From positions 19,954-83,953 of the forward strand of contig CBDDCA010000003.1 of the NCBI GenBank assembly GCA_965226055.1: a DNA stretch of 64,000 nucleotides. The letters run 5' to 3'. The notes beneath the pieces are model-generated. The model searched no databases. It was not told the DNA's origin and saw nothing but the letters and a program-made list of their open reading frames with translations. The position numbers were made by a program, and so were the translations under genes. Positions 37,501-46,000 of this stretch are shown piece after piece (positions within the stretch are counted from its first letter, which is position 1; each line of letters opens with the position of its first letter). This DNA comes from Spirochaetia bacterium. GTDB taxonomy: Bacteria > Spirochaetota > Spirochaetia > WTKD01 > G963693115.

Positions 37501-38146
37501 TAATATTGTAAAAGACCCTACAGATATCAATATAGAACTAGAGTGGACAGCTCCCACGCTTACAAGCAGTCACAAAAAAACAGACGGACAAGCATTAACA
37601 AAGGCAGATCTATCCTACAAAATTTACGCTTTAGAAAAAGGAGCAAGAAGCCGATCAATAGCAGCAATTAAAGCAACAGGTTTTATTCACGAATTACTAA
37701 AAGGATTAACAGTTGCAAATATATCTTTACTTCTTAGTGCTGATAAAGACGTACCCTTGAAGCCTAACACTACCTATGAAATAGTAATACAGGCAGTCAA
37801 TTCCACCGATCCCACAAAAGTCTCTACAGGCAAACGAATAGAAGTAACTACTCTTAGTTCTCTTAATTTAGTTATGAAGAGAGGCAATACTATAGTAACA
37901 AACTTACACATAAAGGTAGATTCTGTTGGTGTTAATATTCGTTCAGTAGTAACACCGAGTGTAAGTGGTATATTTTTTATTACTCCTGATTTAACGCAAA
38001 ATACTGGAATTTTATTTAATACTAATACTGGCGTACTATCGGGGAAAGCAAAAAAACTTGCATCAAAGAAAACATATACAATAGTCTTTACTGCATCAGA
38101 TGGACGATTAGCACGTACTTCTTTTAGTGTTAGTACATTTAGGTAG
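31550..38146 (+). CDS. Giant surface lipoprotein with 17 tandem FN3-like domains and a C-terminal Ig-like (He_PIG-type) domain
   Basis: 2198-aa ORF with signal peptide and lipobox (ILISAC). Seventeen units of about 121 aa, more diverged from one another than in the 21984 gene. The C-terminal motif is TPDLTQNTGILFNTNTGVLSG. Confidence 0.8.
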   Translation: MKINHIYFIVFSVFIILISACEADISTSSSSGGSTLSSATAPLEVSNVTGNPTDRSIILKWQAPTLTSSHKKADGTQLTKADVSHKVFIVEKGSQSRTVENIIALDKSPIEVKKGIVTVNINDRKPNTTYEIVVQAVNSTDTTKVSKGMRVEVTTLTTDHATAPPEASDVTGSPIDTSARITWQAPNLTDSHKKADGTALTTADVSYKVYRVAKGSDERTVAEIKTADKTPLEVAKGTTSINITNLNKNTAYEVVVQSVNSTDTTKVSTGVRIEVTTLAQNHATAPADASSVAGSPDNDSVAVSWQAPNLTDSHKKADGTQLTTADVSYKVYRVAKGSDERTVAEIKTADTTPIEVAKGTTSTTINNLIGSTTYEIVVQAVNSTDSTKASTGIRIEVATTNPATAPADARSVAGSPADTSARITWQAPALTGSHKKANGQRLTEADVSYKVYRVVKGNGVRTVAAIKTADNNPLAVAKGTTSTNITSLTPATTYEIVVQAVNSTDTTKVSTGKRIEVTTLANNHATAPADASSVVGSPADDSVGVSWQAPAFTSSHKKADGTQLTKADVYYKVYRVVKGAKSRTIAEIKEADKTPMEVAKGTTSTTITNLTGSTTYEIVVQAVNSTDSTKASTGIRIEVATTNPATAPADARSVTAGSTTASSTTLSWTDPTLTTSHKKANGQRLTTADVSYKVYRVAKGRNARTIAEIKTADGTPLAVAKGTKSTTITNLTGSTTYEIVVQAINSTDTTKVSTGVRIEVTTTNPATAPADASSVAGNPTDDSVAVSWTAPALTSSHKKADGTKLTKADVSYKVYRVAKNGANTRSIAQIITADKTPLEVVKGTTSATITNLTPSTTYEIVVQAINSTDTTKTSTGVRIEVTTDNLATAPAEASSVTGSPTDTSARITWQAPTLTTSHKKADGQRLTTADVSYKVYRVAKGSDARTIAEIKTADKNPLAVARGTTSTTITSLTPNTTYEIVVQAVNFTDTTKVSTGKRIEVTTVAQNHATAPADASNVRGIPDDDSIAVSWQAPTLTDSHKKPDGTQLTQADVYYKVYRAVKGAKSRTIAEIKTADKTPIAVAKGITSTTITNLTGSTTYEVVVQAVNFIDTTKASTGIRIEVVTTNPATAPADASNVRGSSTDTSARITWQAPALDTSHKKANGQSLTTADVSYKVYRVAKGKNARTIAAIKTADKNPIAVAKGKTNTSITNLTPITTYEIVVQAVNTTDITKASTGVRIEVTTKNSATAPSEASSITGSLNDDGSVTVSWTAPTLTSSHKKANGQALTKADVSYKVYRVERGGRFRTVAAIKAADPNPLAVGKGTTSINITNLKSNATYEVVVQAINSTDTTKVSTGVKEFVFVTNRATAPPDISSVVTGKTDNSITLNWSILPRDSHQKRNGQRLTASDISYKVYRVVKGAKSRTIAAIKAADRTPLAVAKGTTSINITNLNENTTYEIVVQAVNSTDTTKVSTGEKVELTTTNNATAPPDARSVTGSPIDDSITVSWTAPDLTSSHKKTDGQALTAADVLYKVYHIAKGKDARTIAEIKAADKNPLAVAKGTTSTTITNLTGSTTYEIVVQAVNSTAIAKVSTGVRIEVTTTNLATAPADVRDVTAESLIDTSATISWKDPVLTNSHKKSDGQTLTTADVSYKVYRVVKGGSARTIAAIKAADNNPLAVAKGITNTNITNLTHNTTYEVVVQAVNSTAIAKVSTGVRVEVTTTNNATAPPDARSVTVVRSTDDSVEISWQAPNLTASHKKTNGQRLTEADVSYKVYRVTKGKNARSIAAIKTADNNPIAVAKGTTSTTITNLTFSTTYEIVVQAVNATYTTKVSTGIKTEVTTVSYATEPADARNVTAASITNKAVKVSWQVPDITDSHKKPDGTQLTQADVSYKVYHVAKKGTKKRTVAEIIAADTSPIEEAAVAKGTTSTNVDITNLTFNTTYEIVVQAINTTDTTKVSTGVRVEVIANPATAPPEVNNIVKDPTDINIELEWTAPTLTSSHKKTDGQALTKADLSYKIYALEKGARSRSIAAIKATGFIHELLKGLTVANISLLLSADKDVPLKPNTTYEIVIQAVNSTDPTKVSTGKRIEVTTLSSLNLVMKRGNTIVTNLHIKVDSVGVNIRSVVTPSVSGIFFITPDLTQNTGILFNTNTGVLSGKAKKLASKKTYTIVFTASDGRLARTSFSVSTFR
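31658..37855 (+). repeat. Tandem ~363-bp coding repeats (17 units)
   Basis: The recurring ATAP(A/P)(D/E)...SW(Q/T)AP...YKVYRV...[14 protein letters not shown]...EVTT pattern has a period of about 121 aa. Confidence 0.85.
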
Positions 38147-38194
38147 TATTTTACTATATTGATATGATTACATATATGGTACTTTAGTATTACC

Positions 38195-38233
38195 TTTAGT
38201 AGACACAGCATTATTTATGCTGTGTCTACTAAA
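38195..38233 (+). terminator. 16-bp perfect stem hairpin (second copy), putative terminator
   Basis: Identical sequence to 29051-29089. It is followed by the same 3' module, which breaks off near 38355. Confidence 0.45.
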
Positions 38234-38451
38234 TTACCGAAAGCAAAAGAGCTAACTTTTACAAAATCGGTAAGTATTTATTGTAGGTACATATAAAATA
38301 ACTCCTACTAAGCATATTTGAGAAAGGAGTTTTGCTATCTCGTGTATACCTTTGTTAAAAGTACAAAAATAAAAAGGAGAGTTATATATTGTGTAAGTCT
38401 ATGATATACTATGTATAGTATTATTGAAAAAATAAGGAGTGAGAAACAGGT

Positions 38452-39180
38452 ATGTCAGGACATAGTAAATGGTCAACTATTAAAAGAAAAAAAGGTGCAA
38501 ATGATGCTGCAAGAGGAAAAGTATTTAGTAAGATTTCTAAAGAAATTATGGTAGCAGTAAGAGAAGCAGGAGCAGATCCCAATACTAATCATCGTCTTCG
38601 TTCGGCAATTATAAAAGCAAGATCAGAAAATATGCCTAACGATAATGTTGAGCGAGCAATAAAAAAAGGGAGTGGAGGGCAAGATGGCACTCATTTTGAA
38701 GAAGTACAATATGAAGGGTATGGACCTGGCGGAGTTGCCATGCTTGTGTCTTGCTTGACAGATAATAAAAATAGAACTGGTTCTGAAGTACGTTCTACTT
38801 TTACAAAATCGGGAGGTAATCTTGGAGAAGCAGGCTCTGTTTCTTATTTATTTTCTCGTAAAGGTATTATCATAGTTGATGCAAATATAGTTGATGAAGA
38901 TACAATATTTTCTTTAGCACTGGAACACGGTGCTGAAGATGTATTTAATAACAATACAGAAATAGAAATTCTTACTCCACCAGAAAATTTTAATGCAGTA
39001 GTAGAGGCTTTGCGTACTATAGATATAGCACCTATGAATGCTGAAATTACACTGTTGCCATCAAATTATATTTCTCAATCAAATGAGATTCAAGAGAAAG
39101 CATTAAAACTTGTTGGTATATTAGAAGATTTAGACGATGTTCAAATGGTATCGCATAATTTAGAGATACAAGATAGTTAA
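38452..39180 (+). CDS. yebC: YebC/PmpR family DNA-binding transcriptional regulator
   Basis: 242 aa. The N-terminus MSGHSKWSTIKRKKG...RGKVFSK is characteristic of the family. It lies upstream of ruvC, a common arrangement. Confidence 0.9.
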   Translation: MSGHSKWSTIKRKKGANDAARGKVFSKISKEIMVAVREAGADPNTNHRLRSAIIKARSENMPNDNVERAIKKGSGGQDGTHFEEVQYEGYGPGGVAMLVSCLTDNKNRTGSEVRSTFTKSGGNLGEAGSVSYLFSRKGIIIVDANIVDEDTIFSLALEHGAEDVFNNNTEIEILTPPENFNAVVEALRTIDIAPMNAEITLLPSNYISQSNEIQEKALKLVGILEDLDDVQMVSHNLEIQDS

Positions 39181-39203
39181 TCAATGCTTGTAAGTAGGTT
39201 TTT

Positions 39204-39734
39204 TTGAAAACAGTTATCGGTATAGATCCAGGATTAGCATCATTAGGATGGGGAATTATACAATATAGCGATGTTTCGCATGCTTCTTCGTTTGAATATA
39301 TTGCACATGGGGTTATAGAAACTTCTTCTGATAGAGAGCTTCATCATAGGCTATATACATTGGATGTTGAGTTTGATAGAGTGATGAGACGCTATCAAGT
39401 GCAGGAGCTTGCATATGAGTATCAATTTTTTGTAAAAAATGTTACCAGTGCATTACCAGTTGCCCATGCACTTGGCATCATTTTATTATATGGAGCAAAG
39501 CATAATATATCAGTAACTCATTATACTCCAAAAGATGTAAAAAAGCAAATTACAGGAAATGCGAATGCTTCTAAAGATACCGTAAACACTTATGTACGAT
39601 TACCGTTGCGAGTACATAACATTACTCCTCATCATGCTGCTGATGCTCTTGCGGTGGCATTAACCCATATCTTTCGAACGCACAGTAATAATACGCTTAA
39701 AAAGGTAGTTCCTGCCTCTCATACAGGCAAATAG
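39204..39734 (+). CDS. ruvC: Crossover junction endodeoxyribonuclease RuvC
   Basis: 176 aa with a TTG start. VIGIDPGLASLGWGII and the C-terminal HHAADALAVALTH are present. It sits next to ruvA and ruvB. Confidence 0.85.
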   Translation: MKTVIGIDPGLASLGWGIIQYSDVSHASSFEYIAHGVIETSSDRELHHRLYTLDVEFDRVMRRYQVQELAYEYQFFVKNVTSALPVAHALGIILLYGAKHNISVTHYTPKDVKKQITGNANASKDTVNTYVRLPLRVHNITPHHAADALAVALTHIFRTHSNNTLKKVVPASHTGK

Positions 39735-39783
39735 AGAAGAAAGCAAAAAAGAATAGATATATAGTATACAATAAAATAGAGAT

Positions 39784-40413
39784 ATGATACATAGTATTAG
39801 GGGAATTATACAATCAGTGACTCAATCGTATGTTATTATAGATATGCATGGTCTTTCTTGGTTGATATACGCAACAACAACAACCTTAGAGTTACTAGCT
39901 CAAAAGGAATCAGAGGAAGCAAGTGTCTATACATGGCTACAAGTAACTGATAGTGCTATGATTCTGTATGGTTTTGCAGATATACGAGAGCGTGATGTAT
40001 TTCTTGCCTTAATTAGTGTAAATGGTATAGGAGCAAAAGGAGCAATAAAAATTCTATCAAATGGTCATTTTAGTAGTATTATTACTCACATTAAAGAGAA
40101 AGATATACCAATGCTCATGAAAACAGCAAAGGTAAGCCAAAAAAAAGCCCAAAGCATTCTTCTAAAGCTGGAAGGGATAAGCATTGCGTCTTATAGAGAC
40201 AGTGAAACCTCTACAGGTAGTGGGGATACAACGCATCAATTACGCGAGCAAGTCATTGAAGGGCTTATGGAAATGGGGTATACTAGAAAGCAGATTGAAG
40301 ATGCTTTAAGAAATACTATTGATACGCAAAAAATAGATTTACATTCCGAAAATCTTTCGGGTATCTTAAAAGCACTTATTGTCTATTTACAAAAAGGAGT
40401 GTTTACTCTTTAG
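39784..40413 (+). CDS. ruvA: Holliday junction DNA helicase subunit RuvA
   Basis: 209 aa. MIHSIRGII..., the HhH region LISVNGIGAKGAIKILS and the position before ruvB support the call. Confidence 0.85.
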   Translation: MIHSIRGIIQSVTQSYVIIDMHGLSWLIYATTTTLELLAQKESEEASVYTWLQVTDSAMILYGFADIRERDVFLALISVNGIGAKGAIKILSNGHFSSIITHIKEKDIPMLMKTAKVSQKKAQSILLKLEGISIASYRDSETSTGSGDTTHQLREQVIEGLMEMGYTRKQIEDALRNTIDTQKIDLHSENLSGILKALIVYLQKGVFTL

Positions 40414-40417
40414 TTTT

Positions 40418-41440
40418 ATGCACAACAGTTTTTGGAACACAGAAGAAAAAAAAATACAGGATACTCTTGATACAGAGCTACGACCACTCAATTTTGATGG
40501 CTTTGTAGGGCAAACACAGGTAAAGAAAAATCTTGCTCTATATATAAAAGCAGTAAAAGAGCGTAATGAAGTACTTGATCATGTGTTTCTCAGTGGGCCT
40601 CCTGGATTAGGAAAAACTACTATTGCAAATATACTTTCAAGCGAATTACAAGTGCCTTTATTTGTTACAAATGCTCCTGCCATTGAAAAACCAAAGGATC
40701 TTATTGGTATTTTATCGACTTTATCAGAAGGTTCAGTACTGTTTATTGATGAAATACATCGTCTAAAATCTAATATTGAAGAAGTGTTATATGTTGCTAT
40801 GGAAGAGTTTAAGGTAGATTGGATTATTGGTTCTGGGGTTGATGCACGTTCAGTTCGTATTCCCTTAAATAAATTTACCTTAGTGGGAGCTACAACACAG
40901 CCAGGAAAAGTAGCGTTGCCTTTACATAGTCGTTTTGGTATTTCTGAGCGTTTACAGTATTATTCTCCTTTAGATCTTTCAGAAATCATTTCTCGTTCTT
41001 CTCGTATTTTAAATATGCCTATTGAAAAAGAAGCTGCTGATTATTTAGGTAGAATAGGGCGTGGGACTCCCCGTTGGGCAAATAAACTGTTAAGGAGAAT
41101 GAGGGATTTTGCACAAGTAAAAGGAAATGGCGTAATAGATACAACAGTAGTAGAAACGGGGTGTCAGGAGCTAGGTATTGATGAATTTGGACTAGAAGAG
41201 ATTGATAGAAAAATTATTAAGGTATTGGTACAAGAATATGCAGGAAAGCCTGTGGGATTAAAAACACTTGCGTTATCAGTAAACGAAACTCCAGAAAGTC
41301 TGGAAGATTACTGGGAACAATACTTAGTGATACAGGGCTATGTTAAACGTACCGCACAAGGAAGACAAGCAACGCAAAAAGCAATAGATTTTTTACAAAA
41401 AATAGATACATCTCTCAATACAACACAGTTTCTATTGTAA
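40418..41440 (+). CDS. ruvB: Holliday junction DNA helicase RuvB
   Basis: Walker A is GPPGLGKTT and Walker B is LFIDEIHRL; GRGTPRWANKLLRR is present. ATG 40418 lies just after the ruvA stop and is preferred over the track start 40379. Confidence 0.9.
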   Translation: MHNSFWNTEEKKIQDTLDTELRPLNFDGFVGQTQVKKNLALYIKAVKERNEVLDHVFLSGPPGLGKTTIANILSSELQVPLFVTNAPAIEKPKDLIGILSTLSEGSVLFIDEIHRLKSNIEEVLYVAMEEFKVDWIIGSGVDARSVRIPLNKFTLVGATTQPGKVALPLHSRFGISERLQYYSPLDLSEIISRSSRILNMPIEKEAADYLGRIGRGTPRWANKLLRRMRDFAQVKGNGVIDTTVVETGCQELGIDEFGLEEIDRKIIKVLVQEYAGKPVGLKTLALSVNETPESLEDYWEQYLVIQGYVKRTAQGRQATQKAIDFLQKIDTSLNTTQFLL

Positions 41441-41490
41441 TATCCCTGTGTCTTCATACCAGTATATAGTACCATCTACAATATTGTCTA

Positions 41491-42129
41491 TTAGTATGTA
41501 GATTCATCCATTGCTTCAAATTCTGCGATAGCATTTTCTGCTTTTTGTAGTTCACGTTGTATAATGGCATGATAATCTAAAGTATTTAATTTTATTCTAA
41601 TATACTCATCTTCCCAGTACTGAATGGCTTCTAAGCTAAGAAATAACTCGTTCATATTATCAATTTGTTCTACATACTGTAAAGATTCTTGCCAATATAC
41701 ATTTGCATATTCAAATAAAGCTATGGCTTTTTTTAAGCTAGCTATATTTTCTTCTTTCCATGGAGCATTATAAAAATATACTTTTTCTCTTCCATATTTT
41801 TTGCCCCAGCTTAAATATAACTTGGTAAGCAACAGGTTTACATGTAAATTAAAGTGGTTTCGATACCATTCCCATTCTTTTTTTGTGTTTATTCTTGCGA
41901 GAGCATTGAGTGGGTTTGCAAAATCAGAACGTAATACTTGTTCTAGCCAATGGATATTTTCTGCGAATTGTTCAGGATACATAGTAAGATGTCTGTGATA
42001 GAGCTCATATAACTGTTCTTTATATCGTAATCGATATCCAGGCCAACTAAAGACAGTATAGGTAGCAGAGAACAGCAAAATGCACATAAATACTGGATAC
42101 AAGAAATATTTTTTCATACTATAATACAT
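41491..42129 (-). CDS. Hypothetical secreted/membrane-anchored protein
   Basis: 212-aa ORF with an N-terminal hydrophobic segment. No motif recognised. Confidence 0.5.
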   Translation of the reverse strand: MYYSMKKYFLYPVFMCILLFSATYTVFSWPGYRLRYKEQLYELYHRHLTMYPEQFAENIHWLEQVLRSDFANPLNALARINTKKEWEWYRNHFNLHVNLLLTKLYLSWGKKYGREKVYFYNAPWKEENIASLKKAIALFEYANVYWQESLQYVEQIDNMNELFLSLEAIQYWEDEYIRIKLNTLDYHAIIQRELQKAENAIAEFEAMDESTY

Positions 42130-42280
42130 GAGTATGGCATCTTTACAATAAAAAGATACTATTATTATAAGTTCGGATACTCATACATAGAATAAAGCAA
42201 AAAAAGAGGTATTGCTCTATACCTAATTCCCAGAATCTAACTCACAGAAGGAGAAAGTGCAGTAAAAAGGTCGTCTCCCT

Positions 42281-42940
42281 CTATATTCCTAAATGTTTCT
42301 CTAAATAATTCATACACTGTTCAGTGAGTTCTTTAATTGGTTTATTTGCATCTAAATTACAGTGTTGTACATTACTCTGCTGTAATAATTGGTGTATAAC
42401 GGTATGATATCGCTGATGCACTTTTTGTAAGGTAGTGATATTTTCAACAGTAGTATGTATTTCTTGTTGTGTGCTATGTTTTCTGTGTTCTAAACGTTTC
42501 ATTGATTCTTCTGGAGTAATATCAAGAAAGAATAGTATAGATGGTAAGGGAAAATCTTGGTTTAATTGCTCAACAAGTTTTTGTGTTTCTTCAGATACTC
42601 CCTGATATACATACGATGAAAACAAATATCTATCACACAATACTATACTATTATTGTCTAGATGGGTATAAATACCATTCTCTCCATACAAATGTTCATG
42701 TCTATCAGCTGCAAATAGGTAAGTATAAGAGTTGCTGTGGATAGGACGATTGCTATCATTTTTAGATAGCATATCATGGATAAACATGCCTATGGGCCCC
42801 GCACTTGGTTCATGAGTCTTAAATGCTGTATGATCTTTATTACTTAAAGACTGATGCACAGAATGAATCAAAGAGCTTTTTCCTGCTCCATCAATTCCTT
42901 CAAAAACAATGAATTTTTTTTCTATTTTTCCGTTAAACAT
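42281..42940 (-). CDS. tmk: Thymidylate kinase
   Basis: 219 aa. The P-loop FIVFEGIDGAGKSS and the DRY-type segment CDRYLFSSYVYQG are present. Confidence 0.85.
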   Translation of the reverse strand: MFNGKIEKKFIVFEGIDGAGKSSLIHSVHQSLSNKDHTAFKTHEPSAGPIGMFIHDMLSKNDSNRPIHSNSYTYLFAADRHEHLYGENGIYTHLDNNSIVLCDRYLFSSYVYQGVSEETQKLVEQLNQDFPLPSILFFLDITPEESMKRLEHRKHSTQQEIHTTVENITTLQKVHQRYHTVIHQLLQQSNVQHCNLDANKPIKELTEQCMNYLEKHLGI

Positions 42941-43053
42941 ATAAGTAGCTGTTATATAATGTATTATTTCTTATAATAATTATACTTCATTTTATATTAT
43001 TTATCGTCATATAATGTATAATATAGAGTATAATAGGTTACTTATAGAAAATT

Positions 43054-46000
43054 ATGAGATTATTTCATCCACATTATCACACACTAGGCAAGACTCACAA
43101 TAAAATTATCCCTCTTTTTATGTCACTTATTATATTAGTAGGCCTTGTATTGTGTTTGATTGTATTTAATATTACTTTGTTTTTTGTTAAAAATACAGTA
43201 AAAAATATTGAAAATACATTTGATATTACATTACAGTGGGATAAAATACTGTTTACTCCCGATGCATCGGTACATATATACGATCTTAGTGTTATTACAG
43301 AAAATTATGGATCAGAGCCTTTTTCTGCAGAACATATACAAATTCAGCTTAATGTAGCAACAATCATGAAAGTGATATTTAGTGCCTTTGATGATATTCC
43401 TATGCATCAGAGGCTAGATGTAGATAATAAATCGTTAGATTTTATTCTTATAAAATCAATACAACATATACAAGTTGATGATACAAAAGTAAACATAGCA
43501 ATTCAGGAAGATATTACTACTATCAATAACATTATAGACAGTATGTTTAGTGGGCGCTTTTATCCAAAAAATGCTTCCTTATATATAAATAATTCATCGC
43601 TTCTTTATAAGTTCAATAATGGAAAAACAGAATTAGCTTCAGATCAAATACATGTAAGATTGAATGAAGATACAGGAATAACAGTAGATAATTATCTTAT
43701 AAGAGCTCAATTACACTTTCTTGCAAATCAATATAAAACAATTATAAGTGGAAACTCTTATATGTATGATGTAGAGAAAGTGTTATTCAAGCACACATTT
43801 CAAACCTCTGATATTCAGCTTAATCGTTATCTTACACTTATGCCTTTAGGTATTGTTGTTGATACTTTTTCTCAAGGAATCTCTGTGGGAGTGCATCAAA
43901 AAGATACGCTTCTTTTTAATGTAAGCAGTTCTATTGAAAATACGCTCATGCAAATATCTTCCTCTATATCCTCAGTATCACTAAAGGATATCGTTCGTTT
44001 TCGTGTGCCTTCTCAATTTGATACTTTACTAAACACTACATTAAATGGATATTTTAGCGGTAATTTTGATACAAAAGCAAATAAGGCTGACTATGTGTTT
44101 ATATTAGAAAGTGAGCAAAATAAAAGTGATATGCATGTTAATATTAACCTTGAAGGCAATGAGCAAATATTAGATATAAACAGCTTTTTATTAACATATC
44201 GTCAGCAAATTATTGATTGGGATGGATACTTGAATGTACAAACTATGGTGCCTTATGGAACAATAAAGAGTTACATTGACTCTCCTTTTGTAAGTATACC
44301 TCTCCATATGTCTATTGATTTCTCTTTTGAAACTGTATCAAATACTTCTAAAGCATATATTCATGACTTTAAGTTACATAGTATTCCTCAATCAAACTTC
44401 ACTATAGCATTTAATTATACTACTGATGTTTTACAGGTGTACGAAGAAGGGAAAACAGCTCCTGTTATTCAGAGTAGGGTATATACTACACCAAGACAGC
44501 TTGTATCATCAATACGTGATGATTCTTATGTGCTACCGACAGAAAGAAATATATATTTAGAGATACATACATTAAACTTAAAAGTTATAGATGGATGGTT
44601 ATTTAATAATGATACTGTTCAGATATTTTCGAATGTTACCATTAATGGAAATGTCAACATTACTACACTGCACAGTAAATTACAAAAAATTGATTATACC
44701 ATAGATGTATACCATGAAACAAAAGATGACATCTCTTTTAAGAGTGAAGGAACATACACACTTAATGAAGGATTTCAAGCCAAAGGAGAGCTAGTACTCA
44801 ATACTTCTCTCAATGTACAGTTTGAAACTACTGATGATGAAAAAAGAGTATTTTCTAACAACAATTTTCATATTCTCACCCAAGTTCAATACACTCTTCC
44901 AGCATTTAATGATACAGTAGATATACGTGCTATCACAAACGAGAATGAAGTTAATCAGCTTGAAACAGAGAGTAATAAAAATATAGCGTTTACCACATTT
45001 CAAGATACTTTTGTACTGCATGGTACTGTTGCAAAAGAATCAATATCAGTATACCTTGATAATGTTTTTTCTACAGTCATTAATTTTGATACAACTGATA
45101 TTAGCAACATATTTATTAGTTTTGATAAATTTACTCTGTCAGGGTTTAAGAATACATTGGATGGAGATATGAGTATTGTATTTCATCAAAATACTGTTTC
45201 TTATATTGAATCACAAATAACAGTATCAAATGATAACTTTATTGTGTTCCAGACAGATGTGTTATATGAAAATCATACTGGCACAATACAAAATTTAATT
45301 CTTGCTTCCGAAGATGATATATTTCGGGGTACAGGAATATTTATTCATGATGATAATGGCAAAGGATTTAGCTTTGAGGTAACCGAAGCTAATCATAATG
45401 CCGCTCGTATAAATGATGATCTAAGAAAAGTATACGGCTCATTTAACTCATTGAGTAATACTGTACGTATTCATATACATAATCTCACTACCTCTCTTTT
45501 TACTAAAAGAGTAGATGGAGTAATCAATGCTACCTTAGACATTAATCTTGATCTATCGTATATATTTCTCAGTATTGAAAACATTGATGTAACGATGGTA
45601 GCTTCAAATGATAGGTATATAGTAAATGGTAAAGCAAGTATGAATAATAATGAGCTTCAATTACAACATATGCAAATTCAGAGGAATGATGTATTATACA
45701 AATTACACAGTGCATTATTTTCAAAGAAAACAGCCGAAATAGAGGCACTTATTTCATCTGTACAAGAATCTTCGAATATACCTACAGTACATACACGTAT
45801 TTCACTTTCAACACAAAATTCACTCATGGATCTACGATCGTTATTACAGAAAACCACGAGCTTACCAATAGCAGAAGGAAAAATCACTATAACTCCTTTT
45901 TTTGAGACAGAGAGAAAATTTTCTCAAGATTTTACGCATACACTATTCTTTAAATCAAGTAGATATGTATCTACTTTTACAGAACAACAAAACAAATTGT

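Noticed and set aside
40446-40454. A9 run near the 5' end of ruvB as a phase-variation site
   Set aside because: It is in frame as written (EEKKI). Runs of A/T of this length are common in this AT-rich sequence, and there is no paralogous comparison to suggest switching.
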